DNA of 64,000 nucleotides from Rhodospirillales bacterium (GTDB lineage Bacteria; Pseudomonadota; Alphaproteobacteria; UBA8366; JADFVY01). The stretch's first letter is position 1. Each line of letters begins with the position of its first letter. The stretch spans positions 2,555,452 through 2,619,451 of the forward strand of contig CP070634.1 of the NCBI GenBank assembly GCA_020356105.1, in the 5' to 3' direction. Position numbers and translations under genes: made by a program. The notes under the pieces were generated by a model. It was not told the DNA's origin, searched no databases, and saw nothing but the letters and a program-made list of their open reading frames with translations. Below are positions 1-11,191 of this stretch, piece after piece.

Positions 1-394
1 CGACGAGCCCGTCCCCCGCCCCGATCACCGCCGCATCACGGACCAAGACATGGCCCTCGGCGCGGCCCGCGATGCGGGCCATGACATAGAACGGCTTGCC
101 GAGCACCGCCGTGTCGGTGCACAGGAACAGCGGCTCGGGCACCGTCACCCCGGCCGCGTATGCGGCCTTGAGGAGGGCGAATTCCTCGGTGCGGCCGTGG
201 CTGGTCGAGACGCCCGACGGCGCGTCGGTGCGCAGGACCCAGCCGTGCCGTTCACCGCCGATCTCGACCGCGAGGCCCCAGTTCTCCTGGATGGCGCCGC
301 CGGACAGCATCTCGAGCGCGACGAGGCGCAAGCCATCGGCCCCCGCGGCCGCCGCCAGCCAGCGGGTCAGCGCCGCCCGCGCCGCGCCGTCCAT
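1..394 (-). CDS. phosphotransferase (APH/choline-kinase fold) family protein, 5' part only; gene runs off the left edge
   Basis: Not in the ORF track because there is no stop in the window. My own translation of the minus strand from ATG 394-392 gives MDGAARAALTRWLAAAAGADGLRLVALEMLSGGAIQENWGLAVEIGGERHGWVLRTDAPSG...LGKPFYVMARIAGRAEG, with no in-frame stop down to position 2. There is an ATGA overlap with the stop of the upstream ACAD gene. This kinase-fold family is commonly paired with ACADs. Confidence 0.55.
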   Translation of the reverse strand, partial: MDGAARAALTRWLAAAAGADGLRLVALEMLSGGAIQENWGLAVEIGGERHGWVLRTDAPSGVSTSHGRTEEFALLKAAYAAGVTVPEPLFLCTDTAVLGKPFYVMARIAGRAEGHVLVRDAAVIGAGDGLV

Positions 395-1593
395 CACACG
401 CCCCAGCGCCAGAAATCCGTGCCTTCCTGCATGTAGAAGCGGGCCAGCACCATCATGTGCACCTCGGAGGCGCCGTCGACGAGCCGCGCCTGTCGGGCAT
501 AGCGGTACATCCATTCCAGCACCGTGTCGCCGGAATAGCCGCGCGCGCCGCACAGCTGGATCGCCGTGTCGACCGCCCTGTGCAGCGTGTCCGCGACATG
601 CACCTTGGCCATCGAGACTTCCTTGCGGGCGAAATCGCCCTGGTCCAGCTTCCAGGCGGCGTGCATGACCAGCAGCCGGCCGATCTGGATCTCCTTGGCG
701 ACGGCGCCGAGCTGGATCTGCACGCTCTCGCGCTCGGCCAGCCTGATCCCGAAGCCCTCGCGCTCGCGCACATAGGCACCGGCGATCTCCATCGCCCGCT
801 TGGCGAGGCCGAGCCACCGCATGCAATGGGTTAGCCGCGCCGTGCCGAGCCGGATCTGGGTCACCTTCAGCCCGTCGCCGACCTCCAGGAGCCGGTTTTC
901 GTCCGGGATCTCCAGCCCGTCGAACTCGATCTCGCAATGGCCGCCATGCTCCTCCGGCCCCATGATCGGAATCCGGCGCAGCACCCGCCAGCCCGGCTGG
1001 TCCCGGTGGAACAGGAAGGCGGTCAGCCCCTTGCGCCGATCCTCCGAGGTCTTGGCGATGACGATGAAATGCGCCGCGCCCTCCGCCCCCGTGATGAACC
1101 ATTTGCGGCCGTTGACGACCCAGGTATCGCCCTTGCGCTCGGCGGTGGTCAGCATCATCGATGGATCCGAGCCGGCGCCCGGATGCGGCTCGGTCATGGC
1201 GAAGGCGGAGCGCACCTCGCCGTTGACGATCGGTTGCAGCCACTTGGTCTTCTGGGCGTCGGTGCCGACCATCTCGAGCGCCGTCATGTTGCCGTCGTCG
1301 GGCGCTGCGCAGTTGAGCGCCACGGGCCCGAAGATCGACCGGTTGGCCTCCTCGTAGAAGGCGGCTCGCTCGGCCACCGACAGGCCCAGCCCGCCGCGCG
1401 ACTCCGGCATCTGCGGTGCCCACAGCCCGGCCGCGCGCGCCTTGTTGCGCAGCGATTCGAGCACCGGCTCGGCGATGTTTCCGTGGGAATCGTAACTGGA
1501 CCGGCTCGCTTCGAGCGGAATGATCTCGGCGTCGACGAAGGTGCGCACCCGGCTCCGGTACTCCTCCGCGCGGGACGAAAGCGTGAAATCCAT
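394..1593 (-). CDS. acyl-CoA dehydrogenase family protein
   Basis: 399-aa ORF MDFTLSSRAEEYRSRVRTFVDAEIIPLE... It has an ACAD-type middle region (FAMTEPHPGAGSDP) and C-terminal helical domain (ARQARLVDGASEVH). Composition looks coding, and the opposite-strand ORFs are Arg/Pro-rich. Confidence 0.9.
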   Translation of the reverse strand: MDFTLSSRAEEYRSRVRTFVDAEIIPLEASRSSYDSHGNIAEPVLESLRNKARAAGLWAPQMPESRGGLGLSVAERAAFYEEANRSIFGPVALNCAAPDDGNMTALEMVGTDAQKTKWLQPIVNGEVRSAFAMTEPHPGAGSDPSMMLTTAERKGDTWVVNGRKWFITGAEGAAHFIVIAKTSEDRRKGLTAFLFHRDQPGWRVLRRIPIMGPEEHGGHCEIEFDGLEIPDENRLLEVGDGLKVTQIRLGTARLTHCMRWLGLAKRAMEIAGAYVREREGFGIRLAERESVQIQLGAVAKEIQIGRLLVMHAAWKLDQGDFARKEVSMAKVHVADTLHRAVDTAIQLCGARGYSGDTVLEWMYRYARQARLVDGASEVHMMVLARFYMQEGTDFWRWGV

Positions 1594-1605
1594 GGCACCT
1601 CCTCC

Positions 1606-2391
1606 TCAGGGCATGACCAGCGTGTGCCCGCCATCGACCGTGACCACGCTGCCAGTGGTGAACGAGCCTCCGGCACCCGCCAGCATCAGGAGCGCGGCGT
1701 CCAGCTCGGCCGGCTCGCCGGCGCGCCGCATCGGCATCTGCTTGATCACGGCCTGGCCGGCGTCGGAGGCGAAGAAATCCTCGTTCATCTCGGTGATCAC
1801 ATAGCCCGGGGCGATGGCGTTGACCCGAATGCCGTGTCGCACGAGCTCCAGCGCCATCGTCCGCGTCAGCTGCAGCACCCCGCCCTTGGCAACGCAATAG
1901 GCGATCCCGTGCTTGGTGACCCGGTCGCCGAGGATCGAGGCGATATTGATGATCGACCCGCCCTGCCCCTGCGCGATCATCCGCCGTGCACCCTCGCGCG
2001 CGACCAGGAACGGCGATCGCAGATTGACCTCCATCACCTCGTCCCAGTCCTCGAGCGGGATCTCGAGGGCGGCGCCCATGCGCGCAATTCCGGCATTGTT
2101 GACCAGCACGTCGACCGGGCCGAATGCCGCCTCGGCCGCGTCGAACGCTTCGCCGACCGCGACCGGGTCGGTGACGTCCAGCGTCACCGCTGCGGCCCGG
2201 CCGCCCTCGCGGGCGATCGCGTCGACCTCGGCCTGCAGCCGATCTTCGCGCCGCGCCGCCAGCAGCACGGCCGCCCCGGCCCGCGCCAGCGTGCCCGCGA
2301 ACCGCGCGCCGAGGCCGCTGGAGGCGCCGGTGACCAGCGCCACCTTGCCGTCGAGCGCGAACAGCGATTCGAGGAATTCGGTGTCGGCCAT
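1606..2391 (-). CDS. short-chain dehydrogenase/reductase (SDR)
   Basis: ORF 1606..2613 trimmed to ATG 2391-2389. MADTEFLESLFALDGKVALVTGASSGLG gives a TGxxxGxG Rossmann motif at the expected distance from the N-terminus. The catalytic YxxxK is present as YCVAK. The 74 upstream codons are Arg/Pro/Gly-rich and do not look coding. Confidence 0.9.
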   Translation of the reverse strand: MADTEFLESLFALDGKVALVTGASSGLGARFAGTLARAGAAVLLAARREDRLQAEVDAIAREGGRAAAVTLDVTDPVAVGEAFDAAEAAFGPVDVLVNNAGIARMGAALEIPLEDWDEVMEVNLRSPFLVAREGARRMIAQGQGGSIINIASILGDRVTKHGIAYCVAKGGVLQLTRTMALELVRHGIRVNAIAPGYVITEMNEDFFASDAGQAVIKQMPMRRAGEPAELDAALLMLAGAGGSFTTGSVVTVDGGHTLVMP

Positions 2392-2614
2392 GATGCCCCC
2401 TGTTGTCGCGCCTTGAGTAGCGCAGCGTCGCCGCGCGATCAAGGACGGCCCCGCCGACCCTGGCTCCGCACTTTGTCGCATCGCCGGATTGCCGCAGGCG
2501 TCCGAGCCGTCCGGTATCGCACGCCGCGGCGTGATCCCCGCCGGCCGCGCGGTGCCGCGGCTGCTTGGCAAGGAGCGCCGGGCATGGCGGAGGAGATAGA
2601 AGGACGAAGCCACG

Positions 2615-3556
2615 CTAACGCGCGAAGGACGCCACCCCGCACGCCGCGCGGTACTCCCGCTCCAGCCTTGCCACCAGTTCGGATACCGGCGGCACGTCGT
2701 CGATCACCGAAACCCCATGGCCGGCGCTCCACAAATCCCGCCAGGCTTTGACCGAATCCTCGACGCCGGCGGCGTCCGGCAATTCGCCGGCACGCAGCTT
2801 GTCGACGTCGATGCCGGCGGCCTCGAGGCTCGGGATCATGTAGTTGGCCGGCAGGCCCGTAAGGTGGTTCTCGGTCAGGATGTCGGTCGCCTTGCAGTCG
2901 ACGATCATCTGCTTCATCGCCTCCGGCGCCATCGATTCCCGCGTCGCGGTAAAGCGCGTTCCCATATAGGCGAGGTCCGCCCCCAGCACCTCGGCCGCGC
3001 GCACCGCATGGCCGTCGGAAATGGCGCCGGCAAGGATCAGGCAGCCGTCCCAGATGCGGCGGATCTCGCGCACCAGCGAAAACGGGTTCTGCCAGCCGGT
3101 ATGGCCGCCGGCCCCGCCGGCCAGCGCGATGATGCCGTCGACGCCGGCGGCGATCGCGTTGCGCGCGTGGCGCTCGGTCGCCGCATCGTGCAGCACGATG
3201 CCGCCGTATCCGTGCACCGCCTCGACGACGCGGTCGGGCTTGCCGAGAATGGTGATCACCACGGGGATCCGGTGGCGCACGCAGATGTCGAGGTCGGCCT
3301 CCAGCCGCTCGTTGCCGCGGCGCACCGAAATGTTGGCGCCCCAGGGCGCGGCGCCCGGCGCGTCGGCAAGCGCCGTCTCGATGCGCGCGACCCATTTCTC
3401 GAATTCTAAGGGCGGCCGCGCATTGGCGGCCGGCACCGTGCCGACGATGCCGGCCTTGCAGCAGGCGATCAGCAGTTCCGGCCCCGAGACGAGGAACATC
3501 GGCGCGGCGATGACGGGAAGCCGCAGCCGTCCCTGCAGGATTTCGGGCAACGGCAT
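2615..3556 (-). CDS. nitronate monooxygenase (2-nitropropane dioxygenase, FMN TIM-barrel) family protein
   Basis: 313 aa, MPLPEILQGRLRLPVIAAPMFLVSGPELLIACCKAGIVG..., with a later ALAGGAGGHTG motif. The layout is typical of the NMO/NPD family. Confidence 0.85.
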   Translation of the reverse strand: MPLPEILQGRLRLPVIAAPMFLVSGPELLIACCKAGIVGTVPAANARPPLEFEKWVARIETALADAPGAAPWGANISVRRGNERLEADLDICVRHRIPVVITILGKPDRVVEAVHGYGGIVLHDAATERHARNAIAAGVDGIIALAGGAGGHTGWQNPFSLVREIRRIWDGCLILAGAISDGHAVRAAEVLGADLAYMGTRFTATRESMAPEAMKQMIVDCKATDILTENHLTGLPANYMIPSLEAAGIDVDKLRAGELPDAAGVEDSVKAWRDLWSAGHGVSVIDDVPPVSELVARLEREYRAACGVASFAR

Positions 3557-3656
3557 TTTTCCGGGCCCCTTCTCCGGTTTCCGTTTGTATGCGCAGTTAT
3601 GTCGGGCCTATCGTGCGAAGGCAATATGGCGGATCGCCGCCGGCAGGGGCTGACCG

Positions 3657-5126
3657 ATGATGATGAGAGGCCTCGACACGCTCGCCGCCGCGATGCGGAT
3701 ACGCGTGCTGGCGAAATATCTGGGGGTGTTCGGGCTGGCGCTGGCACTGATGGCCGCGGTCCCTGCGGGCGCGGCGCTGCTGCTGGGGCATGCGGGCTTC
3801 GCCTGGCGCGCCGCGATCGTCGCGCTGGCGCTCGCGGGCAGCGGCTTCGTCCTCTTCCGCCTCGAGGCGCCGGCGCTCGTGCGGCAGAGCGAGGCAATGG
3901 CCGTCACCGCCCTCGGGTTCGCGCTCGGCGGGGCGGCGATGGCCTGGCCGTTCACCGCGGCGGGACTGCCGTTCATCGACGCGCTCTTCGAATCCGTTTC
4001 GGCGATCACCACCACCGGCCTGTCGACGGCGGGGCCGGCGACAGACCTGCCGCGCGCGATGCTGTTCGCGCGCGCGTGGATGCAGTGGTGCGGTGGGCTT
4101 GCGATCATCATTCTCGCCTTCGTCCTCATGCTCGGCCCGGGCGCCGCGGCGCGGCGTCTGACACTGTCGGATACCGCACCCGAGGATCTGGCCAGCGGCA
4201 CCCTGGCCCGCGGGCGCCGTCTGCTGGTCGTGTATGCCGGGCTGACCGCCGCCGGCATGGTGCTGCTCTGGGCTTTGGGCGCCAGCCCGTTCGACGCCGC
4301 GGTCCACGCCCTGTCCTCGCTGTCGACAGGCGGCTTCTCGTCACGAGACGACAGCGTTGCCGGGCTGGGCGGTCACGCCATCCAGGCCGCTGTCGCGCTC
4401 CTGTTCCTGCTGGGCGCGATATCCTTTTCTCTGCAGTTCCGGGCCTGGCGGACAGGGCCGATGACGCTGCTGCGCGACGGCGGGTTCCTTGCCCTGATCA
4501 CGGCGGCGGCGGTTGTCTGCTTGCTCGTGATACTGGCCGAATGGCTGGCGGGAGCCACCGCCGGCCCTGGCCTCGTTGCCGACGCCGCCTTCCTGGCGCT
4601 GTCGGCGCAGACGACGACGGGTTTCCAGACTGGCGCGCCCGCGGATCTCGCCCCGGCCTCCAAGCTCGTGCTGATCGGGGCCATGACGGTCGGCGGCGAC
4701 GTCGGCTCGACCGCCGGCGGCATCAAGATATTCCGGCTGCTGGTGATTCTGCGCCTGCTGCAGTTGCTGTTTGCGCGCACCTGCATGCCGCGCCATGCGG
4801 TGGCGGACACGCGGATCGGCGGGCGCAGCCTCGCGGCGGATGACATTGCGCTGGCCTTGGGCATCGTCGCGCTGTTTGCAGCGACGATTCTTCTCTCCTG
4901 GTACTGTTTTCTTGCCGCCGGACACGATCCGCTCGATTCCCTGTTCGACGTGGCATCGGCGATCGGCACGGTCGGTCTTTCGACCGGCATCGCCGGGCCG
5001 GAGCTGGACGCGCCGCTGAAGTTCGTCCTGGTCCTCGATATGCTGATGGGAAGGCTTGAGATTCTGGCCGTACTCGTGCTTGCCTATCCCAGAAGCTGGT
5101 TTGGATCGCGCGCGAGGGCGTCATGA
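3657..5126 (+). CDS. trkH: TrkH/KtrB-family potassium uptake membrane subunit
   Basis: 489 aa, polytopic. Four selectivity-filter-like P-loops are visible: SAITTTGLST, SSLSTGGFSS, LSAQTTTGFQ and ASAIGTVGLSTG. Confidence 0.9.
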   Translation: MMMRGLDTLAAAMRIRVLAKYLGVFGLALALMAAVPAGAALLLGHAGFAWRAAIVALALAGSGFVLFRLEAPALVRQSEAMAVTALGFALGGAAMAWPFTAAGLPFIDALFESVSAITTTGLSTAGPATDLPRAMLFARAWMQWCGGLAIIILAFVLMLGPGAAARRLTLSDTAPEDLASGTLARGRRLLVVYAGLTAAGMVLLWALGASPFDAAVHALSSLSTGGFSSRDDSVAGLGGHAIQAAVALLFLLGAISFSLQFRAWRTGPMTLLRDGGFLALITAAAVVCLLVILAEWLAGATAGPGLVADAAFLALSAQTTTGFQTGAPADLAPASKLVLIGAMTVGGDVGSTAGGIKIFRLLVILRLLQLLFARTCMPRHAVADTRIGGRSLAADDIALALGIVALFAATILLSWYCFLAAGHDPLDSLFDVASAIGTVGLSTGIAGPELDAPLKFVLVLDMLMGRLEILAVLVLAYPRSWFGSRARAS

Positions 5127-5773
5127 GGGTCATACTGGTCGGAGCGTCCGCCGTCGCCGTGGCGACCGCCGAAGGCCTGATCGCCCGCAAGCACGACGTG
5201 GTGATCATCGAGCAGCACAAGGAGCGGATCGACGCGCTGAAGGATACGCTCGATTGCGGCTATATCCTCGGCGACGGGACCAAGCCGGCGATCCTGCGCG
5301 AGGTCGAACCGGCCGAGTCCGATCTCCTGCTCTGCGTGACCGGCAACGATCAGTCGAATATCCTGGCCAGCCTCGTCGGACGCTCGCTGGGATTCTCCCG
5401 CATCGTGACCAAGATCGAGGACCCGGAATTCGAGCATATCTGCCGCGAGCTGGGGCTCAGCGACATCATCATCCCGGACCGAAACACCGCGCAGCGGCTG
5501 GTCGACATGGCAACGGGCCGTCTGCCCGAAGATTTCGCCGCCTATTTCAAGGGCGAGGTACGGCTGTTCTCGTTCGTCCTGCGCGCGGACGATGCCGGCG
5601 CGCTGGCGGATCTGGATCTCCCGGACAGGGCCCTACCGATCATCGTCTATCGCGACGACGCCGTCTTGCTGCCCGACTCGGACACGCAGCTCAAGAAGGG
5701 GGACGAAGTCGTTCTCGTGACCGACGCCGGCATGCTGACGGAACTCGAGGAGCGCTGGCACCGCACGGGTTGA
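5123..5773 (+). CDS. trkA: TrkA/KtrA-type RCK (NAD-binding) regulatory subunit, single RCK_N+RCK_C
   Basis: 216 aa, MRVILVGASAVAVATAEGLIARKHDVVIIE..., with a C-terminal TrkA-C-like segment (LKKGDEVVLVTD). ATGA overlap with the trkH stop at 5123-5126. Confidence 0.85.
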   Translation: MRVILVGASAVAVATAEGLIARKHDVVIIEQHKERIDALKDTLDCGYILGDGTKPAILREVEPAESDLLLCVTGNDQSNILASLVGRSLGFSRIVTKIEDPEFEHICRELGLSDIIIPDRNTAQRLVDMATGRLPEDFAAYFKGEVRLFSFVLRADDAGALADLDLPDRALPIIVYRDDAVLLPDSDTQLKKGDEVVLVTDAGMLTELEERWHRTG

Positions 5774-5883
5774 CCGTGCCGTCGCGGACGACACGGCCCG
5801 GTCCGGATCAATAAGGGCTGGACGGGGATCGCCCGGCGGCGTTATCCCTGCGCCCGGCCAGCAAGACAGCGAGGATTTCCAAA

Positions 5884-7506
<1,623 letters not shown>

Positions 7507-7534
7507 AGGGACCGGCGCGGGCGCCACCGAGCTA

Positions 7535-7635
7535 CCTCATGCGTCGAGACGCGGCTCTGCCGCTCCTCGGCATGAGGCTCCGGTATTTGTGCCCTCATCC
7601 TGAGGAGGCGCGAAGCGCCGTCTCGAAGGGTGAGG
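7535..7635. repeat. intergenic palindromic repeat element (imperfect inverted repeat, 14/17 arms) containing the CCTCATCCTGAG core
   Basis: CCTCATGCGTCGAGACG (7535-7551) matches the reverse complement of CGTCTCGAAGGGTGAGG (7619-7635) at 14 of 17 positions. An internal CCTCATCCTGAGG lies at 7593-7605. When translated, these elements give the PHPEE.../SKGE-type peptides seen in many alphaproteobacterial intergenic repeats. Confidence 0.7.
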
Positions 7636-7864
7636 TCGCTCCGGCCTCGTCCGCCAAGTGAGCGATGTCGCATCGGCGACGCCGGACAAAGTGACGCCGT
7701 GGTACGTTAGAACATGAGAATCGAACTGATCAAATCCGCGGGTCAGCTGGAGGGATCCCACTATTTCGAGTTCCAGCCGGGTGCGAGCCGGTCACCATCT
7801 AGGGGATATGACGGTGCAGGCAACCCACCGCTTCCGCCAATCGCGCGTTCCCTGCCCGCACATT

Positions 7865-7959
7865 CTTCGACAGGCTCAGGATGAGGGGCGTCTGGAGGAG
7901 TTGAAGAATTGCGGTGGCATTTCTCTGCCCACCCACTCCTCATCCTGAGCCTGTCGAAG
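7865..7959. repeat. REP/MITE-like element: perfect 22-bp inverted repeat with 51-bp spacer
   Basis: CTTCGACAGGCTCAGGATGAGG (7865-7886) is the exact reverse complement of CCTCATCCTGAGCCTGTCGAAG (7938-7959). It shares the CCTCATCCTGAG core with the element at 7593. Confidence 0.85.
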
Positions 7960-8094
7960 GATGGCTTCGAGGGAAACCGACGTCTCTACCAAGCGCCCCG
8001 CTTCCAGGAGTACCGGCGCCACAGACTGCGCCCCCCCTTCCCAACCGCGCGGCTTCCCGGCATTCTGTCGCCCGGCAGGACAGGGAGTAAGGCG

Positions 8095-9141
8095 GTGCGG
8101 CACGACCGAATCGAGGGCAAGTGGATCGACGCGTTTCAGCGCGTCTTCGCGCTGTGCGAACTGCGCGCGGGCGATGCCGTCGCCATCCTGTCGGAGACCC
8201 AGTCGCGACCGATCAACGTGCAACTCGCCGAGCTCGCGCTGCACCGGCTCGGCGCGCGCGCCGTTCACGTCATCGTGCCGACGCCGCAGCAGCGCGCGCC
8301 CGTCGCGGTGCGCTCCACCGGTGCGTCGGACGCGGTGCAGGGGCTCAAGCCCGTGATCGCGGCCTGTGCGGCCTCGACCCTGGTCGTGGACCTCACCGTC
8401 GAGGGCATGCTGCACGCACCGGAGCTGCCGGCGATCCTAGAAGGCGGCGCGCGGCTATTGATGGTCAGCAACGAGCATCCCGAGGCGCTGGAGCGGCTCA
8501 CCCCCGACCCGGCGCTGGAGGGCAAGGTGAAGGCGGCCTACCGGATGCTGCGGGACGCGACGGAGATGCGCGTCACCTCGCCGGCCGGCACCGACCTTGC
8601 CGTCAATGTCGACGGGGCGCTCACCGCCGGGGTGTGGGGCTGGTGCACGAAACCGGGATCGGTCGCCCACTGGCCCGGCGGGCTGGTGCTGTGCTTTCCC
8701 AAGGCCGGCACGGTCAATGGCCGGCTGGTACTGGCGCCGGGCGATGCGAACCTGACCTTCAAGCGCTACCTCGCAACCCCGGTCACGTTGACCGTCGAGA
8801 ACGACTATGTGACCGCGGTCGACGGCGGCGGGCCGGACGCCATCATGATGCGCGACTATTTCGCCGCCTGGGGCGACCGCGAGGCCTACGGCGTCTCCCA
8901 TGTCGGCTGGGGCATGAACCCCGCGGCGCGCTGGGAGGCGCTGGAGATGTACGACAAGCGCGATACCAACGGCACCGAGCTGCGCGCCGTGGCCGGCAGT
9001 TTCCTCTACTCGACCGGCGCCAACGAGACCGCGGGGCGGCACACGCTGGGCCATTTCGACCTGCCGATGCGCGGCTGCACGGTAACGCTGGACGACGCGG
9101 CGGTGGTGCGCGACGGCGCACTGCAGGGCGAGCTGGCGTGA
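8095..9141 (+). CDS. NicX-like 2,5-dihydroxypyridine 5,6-dioxygenase / M29-aminopeptidase-fold protein
   Basis: ORF 7909..9141 trimmed to GTG 8095, with AGGGAG 8 nt upstream; the region before that overlaps the repeat element. The C-terminal third (HWPGGLVLCFP...YGVSHVGWGMNP...FLYSTGAN...GHFDLPMRGC) resembles NicX as I remember it. Confidence 0.65.
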   Translation: MRHDRIEGKWIDAFQRVFALCELRAGDAVAILSETQSRPINVQLAELALHRLGARAVHVIVPTPQQRAPVAVRSTGASDAVQGLKPVIAACAASTLVVDLTVEGMLHAPELPAILEGGARLLMVSNEHPEALERLTPDPALEGKVKAAYRMLRDATEMRVTSPAGTDLAVNVDGALTAGVWGWCTKPGSVAHWPGGLVLCFPKAGTVNGRLVLAPGDANLTFKRYLATPVTLTVENDYVTAVDGGGPDAIMMRDYFAAWGDREAYGVSHVGWGMNPAARWEALEMYDKRDTNGTELRAVAGSFLYSTGANETAGRHTLGHFDLPMRGCTVTLDDAAVVRDGALQGELA

Positions 9142-9935
9142 CCGCACCGCACCATATCGAGCGCGGTGCCGGCCCCGCCGTCGTCTTCCTGCATGGCATC
9201 GGCGGCGATGGGGCGAGCTGGCTTATGGAGTTGGAGGCGCTGGCCGGCCATTGGCGCGCGATCGCCTGGGACATGCCGGGCTACGGCGCCTCCCCTGCCC
9301 TGCCGGAAATGACCTTCCCCGCGCTGGCAGATGCCCTCGACGCGCTGCTCGACTCGCTGGACATCGACCGCGCGCACCTGATCGGCCATTCGATCGGCGG
9401 CATGGTGGCGCAGGAATTCGCCGCGACCTTTCCACACCGCGTCGCCAGCCTCGTGCTCTATGCCACCAGCCCGGCCTTCGGCCGGCCCGACGGTGACTGG
9501 CAGCGCGAATTCCTCGCGGCACGGCTGGCGCCGCTCGACGCCGGCCGCAGGATGGCGGACCTCGCGCCGTCGATCGTCGCCGGCCTCGTCGGCGGGGAGC
9601 CCGATCCGGACGGCGTCGCCCGCGCCACCGCCGCCATGGCACGCGTGCCGGAGGATGCGTATCGGGCGGCCATGCGATGCCTGGTGACCTTCGATCGCCG
9701 CGAGGCGCTGCCCGAGATCGCCGTTCCCGTGCTGGTGCTGGCCGGGGCCGAGGACGACAACGCCCCGGCGCGGATGATGGAGCGCATGGCATCGCGCATT
9801 CCCGGCGCCGACTTCCAGCTCATCGCCGGGGCCGGCCACCTTGCCCATTTCGAGCGGCCCGCCGCCTTCCGCGCCGCCATCGTATCGTTCCTCGACGGCG
9901 TGACGGCGCGGCGGGAACGGGAGGCCGCCCGATGA
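9138..9935 (+). CDS. alpha/beta-fold hydrolase
   Basis: ORF 8121..9935 trimmed to GTG 9138 (GTGA overlap with the upstream stop). VTAPHHIERGAGPAVVFLHGIGGDG carries the HG oxyanion motif, GHSIGG is the nucleophile elbow, and the C-terminal GAGHLAHFERP supplies the catalytic His. Confidence 0.88.
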   Translation: MTAPHHIERGAGPAVVFLHGIGGDGASWLMELEALAGHWRAIAWDMPGYGASPALPEMTFPALADALDALLDSLDIDRAHLIGHSIGGMVAQEFAATFPHRVASLVLYATSPAFGRPDGDWQREFLAARLAPLDAGRRMADLAPSIVAGLVGGEPDPDGVARATAAMARVPEDAYRAAMRCLVTFDRREALPEIAVPVLVLAGAEDDNAPARMMERMASRIPGADFQLIAGAGHLAHFERPAAFRAAIVSFLDGVTARREREAAR

Positions 9936-11191
9936 GCGTCGATATGCCGCCCGATGCGCCGCTGATCGATCCGCGGGCCTTCCGGTTGACCGAAGCACAG
10001 GCGGAGCTCGCGGCGCTGGCGAGGCGACTGGGCCAGGAGAAATTCGCGACGCGCGCGGCACGGTACGACCGCGACGCGACCTTCCCGACCGAGAACTACC
10101 GCGACCTGCACGAGGCGGGGCTGCTGGGCATCTGCATCCCGAAGGCGCATGGCGGGCTCGACGCCGACTTCCAGACTTATTGCCTGGTCGCGGCGGAAAT
10201 CGGCCGTTATTGCGGCTCGACCGCGCTGACCTTCAATATGCATGTCTCGTCCTGCCTGTGGAGCGGAGCCCTCATCGACGGTCTCGAGCTCGCACGGGAC
10301 CTGCGGGCGGAACATGACGCGCGCCGCGCCATTCACTACCGGCGCATTCTCGAGGACGGCGCGATCTATGCGCAGCCCTTCTCGGAAGGTGGCGCGGCCG
10401 CCGCCGGCGCCGTCGCCTTTTCGACCGCGGCGCGGCCGGTCGACGGTGGCTGGCTCGTCAACGGCAAGAAGATCTTCGCCTCGCTGTCGGGCCATGCCGA
10501 CTATTACGGCGCGCTCTGCACCGAGCTCCGCGAGGGCGAGGAACCAAGCCGGCGACACACCCTGTATCTTGCGATCCCGGCCGATGCCGAGGGGGTTAGC
10601 GTCACCGGCGAATGGGACCCGCTGGGCATGCGCGGCACCGTCTCGCGAACCCTTATCTTCAAGGATGTGTTCGTGGGCCACGACGCAGCGCTGATGCCGC
10701 GCGGTGTCTATTTCGAGGCGGCCACGCGCTGGCCGCACATGTTCGCGACCCTGTCGCCGACCTATATGGGGCTGGCCCAGGCGGCGTACGACTTCACGGT
10801 GCGGTACCTGCGGGGCGAGCAGCCCGGCGCGGGACCGGTGAAACGGCGCATGTATCCCACGAAGCAGATCGCCGTCGCCGAGATGCGCATCATGCTGGAG
10901 CAGACCAAGGCGCTGTGGTTCCAGATGCTCTGCGAGGCCGGACCGAATCCCACGAAGGATCAACTGCTGCGCGCCTGGGCGGCACAATACACGGTGATGG
11001 AGAACGCCAATGCGCTGGCCCAGCGCGCCATCCGAACCTGCGGCGGCCAGTCGATGCTGAAATCCCTGCCGCTGGAGCGGATCTACCGCGACAGCCGCTG
11101 CGGCTCGCTGATGCTGCCCTGGACCGCGGAGCTGTGTCTCGACCGCATCGGCCGCGGCGCCGTCTACGAGACCGGGGAGAGCGACGAATGA
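9932..11191 (+). CDS. acyl-CoA dehydrogenase-fold flavoprotein (dehydrogenase or ACAD-type oxygenase)
   Basis: ORF 9677..11191 trimmed to ATG 9932 (ATGA overlap). MSVDMPPDAPLIDPRAFRLTEAQAELAALARRLGQEKFATRAARYDRDATFPTENYRDLHEAGLLGICIPKAHGG is an ACAD N-domain. The C-terminal region reads LPWTAELCLDR rather than a YEGT-type motif. Confidence 0.8.
   Translation: MSVDMPPDAPLIDPRAFRLTEAQAELAALARRLGQEKFATRAARYDRDATFPTENYRDLHEAGLLGICIPKAHGGLDADFQTYCLVAAEIGRYCGSTALTFNMHVSSCLWSGALIDGLELARDLRAEHDARRAIHYRRILEDGAIYAQPFSEGGAAAAGAVAFSTAARPVDGGWLVNGKKIFASLSGHADYYGALCTELREGEEPSRRHTLYLAIPADAEGVSVTGEWDPLGMRGTVSRTLIFKDVFVGHDAALMPRGVYFEAATRWPHMFATLSPTYMGLAQAAYDFTVRYLRGEQPGAGPVKRRMYPTKQIAVAEMRIMLEQTKALWFQMLCEAGPNPTKDQLLRAWAAQYTVMENANALAQRAIRTCGGQSMLKSLPLERIYRDSRCGSLMLPWTAELCLDRIGRGAVYETGESDE

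Noticed and set aside
937-2751. Very long ORFs opposite or out of frame to recognisable genes. Examples: 937..2751 (604 aa), 5842..6798, 25045..27381 (778 aa), 47792..49705 (637 aa), 55729..56958, 58912..60195, 60412..61911 and 9458..10987.
   Set aside because: Their translations are dominated by Arg, Pro, Gly and Ala with no recognisable motifs. Each overlaps a gene with clear family signatures on the other strand or in another frame. Long stop-free antisense frames are expected in DNA of 65-70 % GC.
7700-7765. tRNA T-arm-like sequence on the minus strand (GATCAGTTCGATTCTCATG...ACGTACCA), which could be a tRNA fragment or att-site remnant.
   Set aside because: The T-stem has a mismatch. No acceptor, D or anticodon arms can be built, and CCA is not at the correct distance. 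No integrase gene or direct-repeat partner is visible.
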